In this document: one piece after another, positions 52,444-64,000 of the stretch | Layout of the letters: each line of letters opens with the position of its first letter | Numbering within the stretch: position 1 is the stretch's first letter | NCBI RefSeq assembly: GCF_006345805.1 | Contig: NC_043004.1 | Location: 7,750,001-7,814,000 of the forward strand | Origin: Octopus sinensis | Taxonomy: Eukaryota | DNA length: 64,000 nt | Direction of reading: 5' to 3' | Made by a program: the position numbers and the translations under genes | The notes under the pieces: model-generated | What the model saw: only the letters and a program-made list of their open reading frames with translations | What the model was told of the DNA's origin: nothing | The model's database searches: none

Positions 52444-53381
52444 CGGTAATTTTCTTGTCCTCTACTTTACCAGATGTAATAACTTGGCCTGTACTTTTCC
52501 AGGTTTCCCATGTAATCCATGATTTTTCCAGGCTATGATATTATGCTAATTATAATGTGTCAAATGTTTCTTTACCTCAATGGCGTCGGTGACATATATT
52601 AAAAGTTCCTTTATAGAACTATATTCATAAAAAAGTATAGAACTATATTATCACCTTCAAATTTGAGAAACACTCATAACTTTTTTCTTTTAAAACTTCA
52701 TTACATGAGATTGATATCTTGAAATTCCTCAAATTGAGCTCTATCATTTAAGCTTAATTAAAATAGTTTGTTTTTAAAATAAAAAAGTTAATTATACTTA
52801 AATCCAATTTTTTGCCTTACTTATATTTTTTTCATGATATTTTACCTCACAACTTTTTTGATACAAATTTTTGCTGCATGGGATCAAAACTATGAAATTC
52901 TTCATGCCTTCTTCTATCACTGAAGCTAAGATAAATATATTTTGCTTTTAAAATAAGAAATTTATTTAAATCTAAACTTGATTGGAGGCGTTACTCTCTT
53001 ATAACATTGCTACAAATTTTGATGTAAACCTTTTTTCTTCTGGACCAAATCTGAAATTTTTTATGCCAAAATGTAGCTAGGAACCAGTCCTCTTCAAAAA
53101 TGTTAACAGCTTTAAATTTTGTTAAGAACTGAATTAGCGACAAGCTCTGAAAGATGCTGGGTGTGAATAAATTGTGGCCTTAAGAATATCATTCAACTAC
53201 TACCGTAGTTGAATGATATTCTTAACACATGTCAGTATGGACAATGGATATTAAATGATGATACACACACATATATAAGCATGGCTGTATGGATAGTGAG
53301 TTCACTTTGTTATTATCTGGTCCCAAGTTCTGTATTACTGGATGGATGGAGTAGATAGATCAGACCAGATTAGACAGATAT

Positions 53382-53432
<51 letters not shown>

Positions 53433-53520
53433 TTGTTCTGATAAACAATTTGCTACACATTTACAATTAAGTTAGAAAGATTACATTAAAGATAAAAAAA
53501 TGTCCTTTTTTCTTCCATAC

Positions 53521-53640
53521 CTTGGTTTGTTCCCCAATTTGAAATATACTGAGGAAGCCCTTCAATCATCCACACTTTGTTGCCATCTTTTTTCCAAAGA
53601 AATACTAACCCATTCTGGAGCAAACCAGCTAAGTACAATC
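53521..53640 (-). CDS. CPLANE1: CPLANE1 coding exon 3
   Basis: cttcag|(G)LYLAGLLQNGLVFLWKKDGNKVWMIEGLPQYISNWGTNQ|gtatgg; phase 1 to 1. Confidence 0.9.
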
Positions 53641-55199
53641 CTGAAGAGTAAAAAAAAAAAAAGAATTTTACACACACACACACATATATATAAGAATAGA
53701 ATCAGGAGATATGAGAAGTGAATACAGATTTATTATCTCCATGTGATTACAACTGTTTCAGAACCTTCTCCATATTGTATAAATTTTAACATTCCAAATT
53801 AGATACATACATTTTACATTAATATGTACATTTAGCATTCTATACTTATTCTTTACTCCTTGTGGAAATATATACTACTTTATAGCCTAGATTTTAGGTT
53901 GCATGGACAAGTAAAACTACATCATAATTCAATTACTCTATGAACTGATAACCAGTTTCTAGCCGGAATGCTTACTGTGAATTCTGTTTGATACTCATCA
54001 TCATCATCGTCATTGTTTAATGTCTGCTTTCCATGCTAGCATGGGTTGGACGATTTTGACTGAGGACTGGTGAACCAGATGTTTGCACCAGGCTCCAATC
54101 TGATCTGGCAGTTTCTACAGCTGGATGCCCTTCCTAATGCCAACCACTCCGAGAGTGTAGTGGGTGCTTTTACATGCCACCAGCACGAGGGCCAGTCTGG
54201 CGGTACTGACAACAGCCATGCTCAAATGGTGTTTTTTACATGCCCACCGGCACAGAAGCCAGTCAGCTGCTCTGGCAACAATCATGCTTGGATGGTGCTC
54301 CTAGCGCTCCACTAGCACGGATGCCAGTCATCAAATTTGATTTCGATTTCACTTGCCTCAACAAGTCTTCACAAGCAGTGTTTAGTGTCCAATGAAGGAA
54401 AGGTACACATAAGTGGGCTGGTTACACCCCTGGCATAGGCCATGAGGTTATGGTCTCACTTGGCTTTCCAGGTCTTCTCAAGCACAGCATATTTCCAAAG
54501 GTCTCACTCTGAATCCAATTTTCTATTTCATATATATTTTATGTATATTATCTAAAAAAAAGACTATAACTTGAATTCTGGTTATATGTATTTTCCTTGT
54601 TTTTAGAGCAAATTATCTAATGTTATGGTAAAATACTTCAAGTTTTTGATGTAAGTTCTTGAACATTTAAAAATTTCAAAGGAATCTGCCCTTAGAAACC
54701 TAGAAAACAAAAGAATTTTGTTCATTATTTTACCAAAATGTAAGGAATATTTTCTGCCAATTCTGAATGACATGGAAATGAAAAGACTGCATGAGCAGTA
54801 CTTCACAGACATACGGAGACAACACATACATACAACACTCAGTCACAAAGATATGGACTGAAATATTTGCAAAAGATTTGAACCCACGATATCCAATATT
54901 GTTTCAGTTTGTCTGGATCATCTGGGGATTTTATCAGCAACAGTCCAACGTCTTATCCAGAGTGAGAGACTTATTGCTCATCTCCTTCACACCATGACAT
55001 CAGCTTTAATGTTGTGTGAATGCCAAGATTTGAATTCAAAGCAGTGAAGATCCAACCAGGACAAAATTAATCCAAACCAATAAAATAAACTTCTATTGTC
55101 AAATGTCTTCACAATGGACATTTCAAAATATGATCAAGCTATCTTTTCTTGGAGATTATTTCAACAAAACAAAAGAAATGTCTTTAAATGAACTTTTAC

Positions 55200-55335
55200 C
55201 ATTGTTTGAGCAATTTACAGAAATGCTGTCAGCCACAAGGGGTGATACTTTAGCAATAGTTTTCTTTGTCTTCCCATCTGGAAGGTACAGCAGACTTATT
55301 CGTTTTGGATCCAAAAGAACGAGGCTTTCTTCTTC
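55200..55335 (-). CDS. CPLANE1: CPLANE1 coding exon 2
   Basis: ctgcag|EEESLVLLDPKRISLLYLPDGKTKKTIAKVSPLVADSISVNCSNN G|gtaaaa; phase 0 to 1; not in the ORF track on this strand. Confidence 0.88.
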
Positions 55336-56109
55336 CTGCAGAAGGAGAATAAAAGGTAAAAAAAAAACATTAATTATTTCTAAATTCTAAAATAATCATA
55401 TCTTTGAGGAAGCCATGTATCCATCTCTTCAACACAACACCTGCTTCTGTCTCTGTCAAATTTTCATATCCCTTAACCCTTTTGATACCAACCTGACCAA
55501 AACCGCCTCTGGCTCTGTAGTACAAATGTCTTGTTTTCATAAGTATTGAATTAAAATCTTCCACTAAACCTTAGTCACAATTCATGTTTCCAACACTAGC
55601 TTAATGATAACTAAGTTCTTTTATTAAATTCTTTGTTATATTTAAAATTAATTGATTGAAACACAGAGCATCTCAAAATAAATATGGTAATGAAAGGGTT
55701 AATATTATGCTTCACTCTGTTGAGGGGTTTTGTCTTGTAGGAACTTGGCCACTTCACCAGTTCTGGTACCACACACACACAAAAAAAAAAAGAAAAAAAA
55801 AAAGAAGCACCCAGTACACACGGTGAAATAGTTGGCATTAGGAGGAAAGTGGTAATAACCATGCCAAGGCAGACACTGAAAGTTGGTGCCGCCATCTGGT
55901 GCCTCTGTTCATGTCAAACCATCCGGACCCATGTTAGCATGCGGAAAAGAGACATCAAATGCTGATTTTAGACTGATTTTGTAAAAACAATTTACCTTTT
56001 TTAACATTGATATATTAAACTAGCATTTCATATATAACAAAAGGTTCTTCTATAAATAGGCTATAGAATTTGTCTCAGAAATACTTTAATTGCAGGTAAA
56101 TACAAGAAA

Positions 56110-56285
56110 AATCTATCTGTCTATCTGTCCATCTATCCACCCACCTACCTACCTATCCTTCTGTCTATCTATCTACCTACCTACCTACATGTCTATCTAT
56201 CTATCTATCTACCTACCCGTCTATATCTATCTATCTACCTACCTACCTATCCGTTTATCAATCTATCTACCTACCCATCTTTCTG
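56110..56285. repeat. (TCTA/CCTA)n microsatellite
   Basis: Direct. Confidence 0.9.
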
Positions 56286-58453
56286 TCTTATATTACTGTT
56301 CATTATTATATTCAGGCAAAATAGCCTTATTTCATTTGGTCTGTCATTGTTTTTTTCCCCTCTTTCTTCCCATTTTTCATATCAATTAGTCTTTCTGTCA
56401 TTGAATTAGAATAAACAAGAGTAAATAATAAGTTTTGAGTGATTGGGTTTGGTTTCCTCTGAAAATTTTCAAAGGGAAAGGATTTAAAAAGTGTTCCCTA
56501 TAAGTTCAAGGTATGGCTACGTGGTTAAGAAGCTGACTTTGTAACCACATGGTTATGGGTTCAGTCCCACTGCATGGTACCTTGACCAACCAATGTCTTG
56601 TGAGTGAATCCTAGTATAAAGTTCCTGCTCTTCGCTTGAGGTTAGTTACTTGGTGACCTCACTAGAGCTGGTGGTAGCAAAAAGCCCCTGTACGTGCTGT
56701 GAAGCATCAGGAAACCATGCCAAACAGACACTGCAACACGATGTACTTCTTGGGCTCATCAAATCCTGTCAAATTGTTCAACCCATTCCAGCATGGAACA
56801 GGGCTGTTAAACGATCATAATTAAACATCATTTGATCATCATCATCATCATCGTTTAACGTCCGCTTTCCATGCTAGCATGGGTTGGACGATTTTGAGTG
56901 AAGGCTGGTGAACCAGATGGCTGCACCAGGCTCCAATCTGATCTGGCAGAGTTTCTACAGCTGGATGCCCTTCCTAATGTCAACCACTGAGTGTAGTGGG
57001 TGCTTTTAAAGTGCCACTGGCACGAGGGCAAGTCTGGTGGTACTGGCAACGTCCACACTCAAAAATGGTGTTTTTTACGTGCCACCTGCACAGGAGTCAG
57101 TCCAGCAGTACTGGCAACAACCTAGATATTGATTAAGTTGGTAAACTGGCAGAATCATTAGCATGCTGGGTAAAATGATTAGCAGCATTTTGTATGCTTT
57201 TATGTTCTGAGTTCAAACTCCGCTGGAATTAACTTTGCTTTCATCCTTTCAGGGTTGATAAAATAAGTACCAGTTGTGTGCTGAGGTCAATGTAATCAAC
57301 TTACTCTCTACTTTGAAATTGCTGGCCTGGTGTCACATATTTCAAACCATGCGTATCCTTACTAGCACTTGTGCTGGTGGTACGTGAAAAAAAACATTCT
57401 AGTGAGGTCATTGCCAGTGCCGCTGGATTGGCTCCTGTGCAAGTGGCACAGAAAAAGCACCATTTGAGCACGGCTGTTGCCAGTACCACCAAACTGGCCC
57501 TCGTGTTGGTGGCACATAAAAGCACCCACTACACTCTCAGAGTGGTTGGTGTTAGGAAGGGCATCCAGCTGTAGAAACTCTGCTAGATCAGATTGGAGTC
57601 TAGTTCGCCAGACCTCAGTGAAATCATCCAACCCATGCTAGCATGGAAAGCAGATGTTAAACGACAATGATGATGATTATCATCTCCAGATATAAGGTGT
57701 TCATCTGGCAGAATTGTTATTGTAGCAGACAAAAATGGTTAGCAGCATTTTTTCTGGCTTTTAAGGTTCTCGGTTCAAATGCTGCCAGAGCCGACTTTGC
57801 CTTTCATCCTTTTCCTGAAAGAAGAACCAGCTGAGCACCAGAATCGATGTAACTGACTTAGACCCCCTCAAAAAAACTGCTGGCCTTGTGCCAGAATCTG
57901 AAACCAATATTTATCTGTAGATATATTTTATATATTTGCATGGTGTTATATAAATAAAAACGTTTCACCTCTAAACATAAGGTTTACAGTAAAAAAAATT
58001 ATAATCAGAAAAAAAAAAATGGTTTTCCATTTATGAGAATTTGTGCAAAATAAGATGACAGTTCAAATTATAAAAATTACAATGCAATTTTTAAAATTTA
58101 GGATTTAATGTCAATTTTAGCAGAGAAAATATGACATTATTGATTCTACACATTTCCATGAAATTCTACCAGAAATATATACATAAGAACCTTTCCTAAC
58201 AGCTAAAACCTGGCCTGATTGTAGGCTAGAATCATTAGCATTTTAGGGTCTGATTTTCTTATTGGTACCAGTGCCCATTACAGCATTTCCTCATTCCTCT
58301 CCATCCTGGATAATCTCTTTCATTTAATTTCAACAGAACAGAACTTAAGTCACAGGAACTATTCACCATCAGAACATGCCACCCCCCCAGCCCCAGTACT
58401 GTTGTCTCTCCTCCTAAATACAAACTGACAGCAAAGTTAATCAAATGCTTTAC

Positions 58454-58546
58454 CTTTCCAATCCAAAGAATCTCTGACCATGGTTTCTTTCTTTTAATGT
58501 TTGTAGAAGCAATAACATTCAAATGAAGAGTTAGGTCTTCTACCAT
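58454..58546 (-). CDS. CPLANE1: CPLANE1 coding exon 1 (exon begins 58598 with 52 nt 5'UTR)
   Basis: MVEDLTLHLNVIASTNIKRKKPWSEILWIGK; donor AAG|gtaaag (phase 0); upstream acceptor ttttaacag|G at 58598. Confidence 0.9.
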
Positions 58547-60015
58547 ATTGACTTCGGCTCTTAAATATATATTTCACATTTTACTACTGGTTTCCTACCT
58601 GTTAAAATAAAGAAAATATAATTGCCATATTACATATATATATATATATAAAATCAAATGGAAATTGTAGTTGTGATCCCTGTGCTGGTGGCACGTAAAA
58701 AGCACCATCCGAATGTGGCCAATGCCAGCGCCGCCTTGACTGCCTTCCGTGCCGGTGGCATGTAAAAAGCACCATCCAAATGTGGTCGTTGCCAGCCTCC
58801 CCTGGCACATAAAAAGAACCCACTACACTCACGGAGTGGTTGGCGTTAGGAAGGGCATCCAGCTGTAGAAACACTGCCAGATAAGACTGGAGTCTGGTGC
58901 AGACTCCTGGCTTCCCAGACCCCGGTCAAACCGTCCAAACCATGCTAGCATGGAAAAACGGATGTTAAACAATGATGATGATCATCATGATATATATATA
59001 TATATATCATTTCATACAAGGTCTCCTGAGCATAAATGCTCTTTCTTTCTTTAATATTTCCACAAGTAGAAAGCTGGCAGAACTGTTACCATTGCCAGAC
59101 AAAATGCTTAGCAGCATTTCATCCATCTTTATGTTCTGAGTTCAAATTCTGCTGGGGTCAACTTTGCCTTTCATCCTTTTGGGGTTGATAAAATAAATAC
59201 CAGTTGAGTACAGGGGTCAATGTAATTGACTAGCACCTTTCCATAAATTGCTAGCCTTGTGCCAAAATTTGAAACCAATATTTCCCCATTTATTGGGAAT
59301 ATTGCAATTCTGTGTATTGAGAGTGTTGTTTGGAAATGATAATCTTTGGTATTGTTGATTTTTAATGGATGCAGAGGGGGGGGGGATTTGGAAGATGCTG
59401 GTCTATTGTTTTTTGCACCAGATTTTGAAGTGGTTGGAAGAATTGTATAAAGGAAAAGTGGACTATGGGAACATAATCATCATGGAGATATAGGCCAAAA
59501 ATGGTAAACCACAAGAATCTTGGAGGATAGATCCTTGGAGTATTCCATTCAAAATTGTTGCTTCTATGTGTGTTGTTATCTACAGACAGGGCAACCAGGA
59601 AAGTAATTTGCGGGCCAGCATTTATTCATAATCATCATCGTTTAATATCCGCTTTCCATGCTAGCATGGGTTGGACGATTTGACTGGCGAATCAGATGGC
59701 TGCACCAGACTCCAATCTGATCTGGCAGAGCGGCTCACAAAGGACTTGGTGATACTTCATGACAGTTGCTGTTGTTGTTTGTGGTGAATGGTGGGTGTGG
59801 TGCAGAGGATGAAGCATCATATATTTTTTTACCACATTTGTGAAAAGTGTGGTGGATTAGAGTTTGGCCTGAATCAATGTTGTAATTTGGAGAAAGACTT
59901 GTGTGGGTTTATGACATGAAATGTTGCAGGGTGAGAATAAGAAAATTATTGGTTTGTGATGCTGCTTTGCTTCTAAAACTGTTGATTTAGAGAGTAATCA
60001 TGTCAGTGATTATAT

Positions 60016-60270
60016 TTCTTCAGGTTCCAGGTCCTATGTTTTAGGGGTAAATTCTTCAGGTCCCAGGTCCTATGTTTTAGGGATAAATTCTTCAGGTCCC
60101 AGGTCCTATGTTTTAGTTTTAAATTCTTCAGGTTCCAGGTCCTATGTTTTAGGAATACGTTCTTCAAGTTCCAGGCCCTATGTTTTAGGGGTAAATTCTT
60201 CAGGTTCTAAGTCCTGTGTTTTAGAGGTAAATTCTTCAGGTTCCAGCTCCTATGTTTTAGGGGTAAATTC
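60016..60270. repeat. 36-bp minisatellite x7 (ttcttcaggttccaggtcctatgttttaggggtaaa)
   Basis: Units start every 36 nt from 60016 to 60232; no spacers. Confidence 0.95.
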
Positions 60271-61629
60271 GCAATTTTCTCAGGCTCTGAGGCTTTTGTG
60301 TTTCATTGACCCTAGTCCAAGACGCTAGTTCCAGAATGAAAGAAACATGTCGAGATAGAACAGTATTTGCCTTACGCTTCACTTTCTTGGCACATTTATA
60401 AGAAGCTGGTTTTCAAAAGGTATTTTACGTAAGACTTTGCTTGCTGTGTGTTATCTGAAATTGCTATTGTAACATGAGTGACCGCACCACACCAAAGTAA
60501 TAATTGTAAAGTGAGCTGGACGAAGGAGCTTCTGCTTAGTGGTTTGACACACTAGACATAGTAGCTAAACTGCTGTAGAATAACAGCTGGCTATTTTAAA
60601 GAGATAATATATTGGCTAATGTAGTTCTAGAAGAGTTACTTCGGAAAATGAGAGGGGACGGTCACGGTTGCACAAACTTGGATCGTAGGTCTGTTCGATC
60701 AGGACTGAAACCGGTACAAAACAACTCTAACAGTTGCTAAACAGGCACTGGAATTTGGTACATTTCAGCATTGTAAGGTTTGAGAATGTTGTACGAAAAA
60801 AAGTGTTTCATTAAGTTACAAACCTTCTTCGAGTCTGAACATGTTACTGAACAATGGACGCTTTCAAGCTAACTTGCGGTCGATACACAAAAGCCTAAGT
60901 TAGCGGCTTCTCCCAAAATATGTGGGCGTGTGTGCGTATATACGTTATATACATATGTGTGTGTACGTTATTTATATGTGTATTATGTATGTTAGGCGTG
61001 CGAGTGTGTGTGTGTGTGCACTTCGAAAGTTTTCTGGGTAAAAACAAATTTATAGTTTTTTAAGCATGAAATAATTTCAGAGATTGTAGTGTAGCAACCG
61101 AAAAGAGAACTTCTAATTTTGTTTCAATAACTTATAATTTTCCTTTAAAATCAATAAAATAAAATAAACAATGTGTATATTTAAACCATATCATATCACA
61201 TATATATATATTCATATCTGCACATACACACATTGAGACTTCGAGTGATGGTTCTTAGCAACAGAAATACAAAGCTGTAATACAATGTAGAAAATGTGGA
61301 TTTAATGATTTAAGAGGCGTTTAAAATATCTATATGCCATAAGAATAAAGAGAAAGTTACAAAAGTAAGCCTAACAAGTTAATATGATTGAATAAATAAT
61401 ATCTACGGCTGTTTCAAATAAAAGAAACAAAATATATTAAAAGTCAGAAATAGTTTGTAGTTACTTGCCAACCGAAAGTAAACAATGTCTCGCCTCCATA
61501 TTTAAATCTCTACAGGTTCTCCCGTCATGCATCCGAAATAAGAGTTATTTCCCCTTTTTGGTCCCTTGGTTAAAGTGCGCGACCGACTTTGGATTCTTTC
61601 CGCTCTTCGACTGTTTCCTTTGTGTTACG

Positions 61630-61642
61630 GTTGCCCGGCAAT
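61630..61642. promoter_or_regulatory. Candidate RFX X-box GTTGCCCGGCAAT
   Basis: 12/13 match to the palindromic RFX/EF-C site GTTGCC-N-GGCAAC, in a non-repeat, CpG-containing patch about 3 kb upstream of the ATG of a ciliary gene. Confidence 0.55.
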
Positions 61643-61671
61643 CTTCGTAAGCATGTTATTATCAGACAATA

Positions 61672-63180
61672 AAGGCGGCGAGCTAGCAGAACCGTTAGCA
61701 CGCCGGGCGAAATGCGTAGCCGTATTTCGTCTGCCGTTACATTCTGAGTTCAAATTCCGCCGAGGTCGACTTTGCCTTTCATCCTTTCGGGGTCGATAAA
61801 TTAAGTACCAGTTACGCACTGGAGTCGATGTAATCGACTTAATCCCATTTGTCTGTCCTCTCTGTGTTTAGCCCCTTGTAGGTAGTAAAGAAACGGGTTA
61901 TTATCAGACAATAAAACTGAAAAGAATGAAGGGGAAAATATCTGCCTCCCTATAGCGTCTTTGTTTTCAATCATTAGACCGCAACCATACTTCAGCATCA
62001 ACTTGAAGTATTTCTGTCGAACGAATTGACCCCAGGACTTACTGTTTTAAAGCCTGGTACTTAGTCTATCGGTCTGTTTTAACGAACAACTACGTCATGG
62101 ACACGTAAACACATGCCTATGAAATCCACTTATGGGGGACTGAACGCGGAACCATGTGGTTGTGAAGCAAACTTCTTACCACTGAGCCACACTTGCGTCT
62201 GAAATTAATTTTCACGAAAATTTGTGCTTTTTAATGCTCTTTTCTACAAATACTTTTCTGATGGTGAAGATTACGATAGTGGCTTTGCACACACACATAC
62301 TGACACATTTTTTTCAAAATTTCTTCGTTTTGCGTGTGTGTGTGCACATGCGATGTGGGATCTTTTCGGTTTGAACGTGAGTGTAGTGGGTGTTTTTAAC
62401 GTGCCACCGGCACAGGGGCCAGAGCAATGCAATATTCTTGTAATTCTAAGACGGTGATCTGGCAGAAATGTTAGCACGCTGGGTGAAATGCTTAGTATTT
62501 CATCTGTCTTTACATTCTGAGTTCAAATTCTACCGAGGCCGACTTTGTCTTTCATCCTTTGGGGTCGATTAAATAAGTACTAATTACGCACTGGGATCGA
62601 TGTAATCGACTTAATCCGTTTGTCTTCTCTGTGTTTAGCCCCTTGTGGGTAGTAAAGAAATAGGTATTTCGTCTGTCTTTATATTCTGAGTTCAAATTCC
62701 GCCGAGGTCGACTTTGCCTTTCATCCTTTCGGGGGGCGATAAATTAAGTACCTGTTTCTTTACTACCCACAAGGGGCTAAACACAGAGGGAACAAACAAG
62801 GACAGACAAAGGGATTAAGTCGATTACATCGACCCCAGTGTGCAACTGGTATTTATTTAATCGACCCTGAAAGGATGAAAGGCAAAGTCGACCTCGGCGG
62901 AATTTGAACTCAGAACGTAACGGCAGACGAAATACGGCTACGCATTTCGCCCGGCGTGCTAACGATTACGCACTGGGGTCGATGTAATCGACTTAATCCG
63001 TGTGTCTGTCCTTGTTTGTGCTCTCTGTGTTTAGCCCCTTGTGGGTAGTAAAGCAATAGGTATTTCATCTGTCTTTACATTCTGAGTTCAAATTCCACTG
63101 AGGTCAATAAATTAAGTACCAGTCGATCTAATCAATTGGCCCTCACCCCAAAAATTCCAGGCCTTGTGCCTAGAGGAGAA
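61672..63180. mobile_element. Cluster of tRNA-headed SINEs with a Nin/Deu-like core
   Basis: ggcggcgagctagcagaa...gagttcaaattccgccgaggtcgactttgcctttcatcctttcggggtcgataaattaagtacc; other copies near 8360, 36040-36345, 46830, 57140, 57700, 59070 and 63910. Core assignment is from recall. Confidence 0.75.
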
Positions 63181-64000
63181 AAGATTATTCTTATAATTCT
63201 GAAATTGTTCATGGACAGGATCAATGCAAACTGGAATGAATCATTAAAAAAATCTCATGAAAAATTAATTGACAATCTTAAACTCAATAAATATTAACAA
63301 CATTAAATGTGAAATGTCTTTTAAATGCACAGAAAGTGTGCATTGCCTATCAACTGTAGAAACTGTTAAATAGAATCATTGTTTAACGTCCGTTTTCCAT
63401 GCTAGCACAGGTTCGACGATTTGACCAGGGTCTGGGAAGCCAGGAGGCTGCACCAGGCTCCAGTCTGATCTGGCAGTGTTTCTACAGCTGGATGCCCTTC
63501 CTAATGCCAACCACTCTGTGAGTGTAGTGGATGCTTTTTACATGTCACTGGCACAGGTGCCAGGGGAGGCTGGCAGCACTCACAATCAGTTGGTGCTCTT
63601 TACGTGCCACCGGCACAGAAGGCAGTCAAGGTGGTGCTGGCATCGGCAATGAAAATGAGGGAAGTCAAAACTAAAGTCTTCCAGTTTTCTTTGCCTTCAC
63701 TTAAATGACTGAGATTGTACTGAAGACCTTTATGTTAAAAAAACAAAAAAATGTCATATTACAAGGAATTCCAAAGTGGCAAGGTTGCTAGTGTAATAGG
63801 ATTTCTTGTAGAATTGTTTCTAAAGATAGTATTAGGTTGTCAGGCAATCAATCATGACTGGTCTGTGGACATCTTATAAAAATTTACTTTTGTAATATGT
63901 CATAACATTAAGGCTGCGAGCTGGCAGAACCGTTAGCATGCTGGGCGAAATGCTCAGCGGTATTTTGTCTGCCGCTATGTTCTGAGTTCAAATTCAGCCA

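Larger units (their letters stand above)
7..58598 (-). other. CPLANE1: CPLANE1 (C5orf42/JBTS17) orthologue, multi-exon gene; 3' end lies beyond position 1, non-coding 5' exon lies upstream of 58598
   Basis: Chain of AG/GT-bounded exons with matching phases. Blocks resemble human CPLANE1 as recalled (not searched): IKRKKPWSEILWIGK, AYSRDGQILAV, YYWIASMKW, QVVQTLARYMAMYF, GLVPEAAWFSNKVGDWK, LPAPPFYLWQP, FRNFCGLTWFLHVRDQLS, LTPDIFLNL. Confidence 0.92.

Noticed and set aside
60016-60270. CRISPR array (36-bp repeats)
   Set aside because: Units are contiguous with no spacers, there are no cas genes, and the context is a eukaryotic intron.
61086-61098. Second X-box (GTAGTGTAGCAAC)
   Set aside because: Only one good half-site.

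Overview
Eukaryotic, AT-rich, repeat-dense genomic DNA, most likely an octopod cephalopod (inferred from the repeat families; no search was run). Most of the window is one minus-strand gene, the CPLANE1 (C5orf42/JBTS17) orthologue. I traced 26 coding exons by hand from the ATG at 58546 to the left edge (about 7.5 kb CDS, about 2,500 aa; the gene continues past position 1). Splice phases are continuous except at one junction (4502 to 2089), and one junction appears to need a GC donor. Orthology rests on my recall of the human protein. A candidate RFX X-box lies upstream at 61630-61642. Introns contain RTE and CR1 LINE fragments, tRNA-derived SINEs, microsatellites and several long hairpin elements. 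The most unusual structure is a 3-kb array in intron 16 (26510-29471). It is a palindromic A4T4 satellite whose blocks bracket three copies of a 172-203 bp unit that looks like a CRESS-DNA (circular ssDNA) virus origin: iteron-like repeats, the TAATATTAC nonamer, and the N-terminus of Rep with motif I FTLNN. A 32-bp minisatellite occupies the equivalent slot once, and the array ends in a fold-back inversion.
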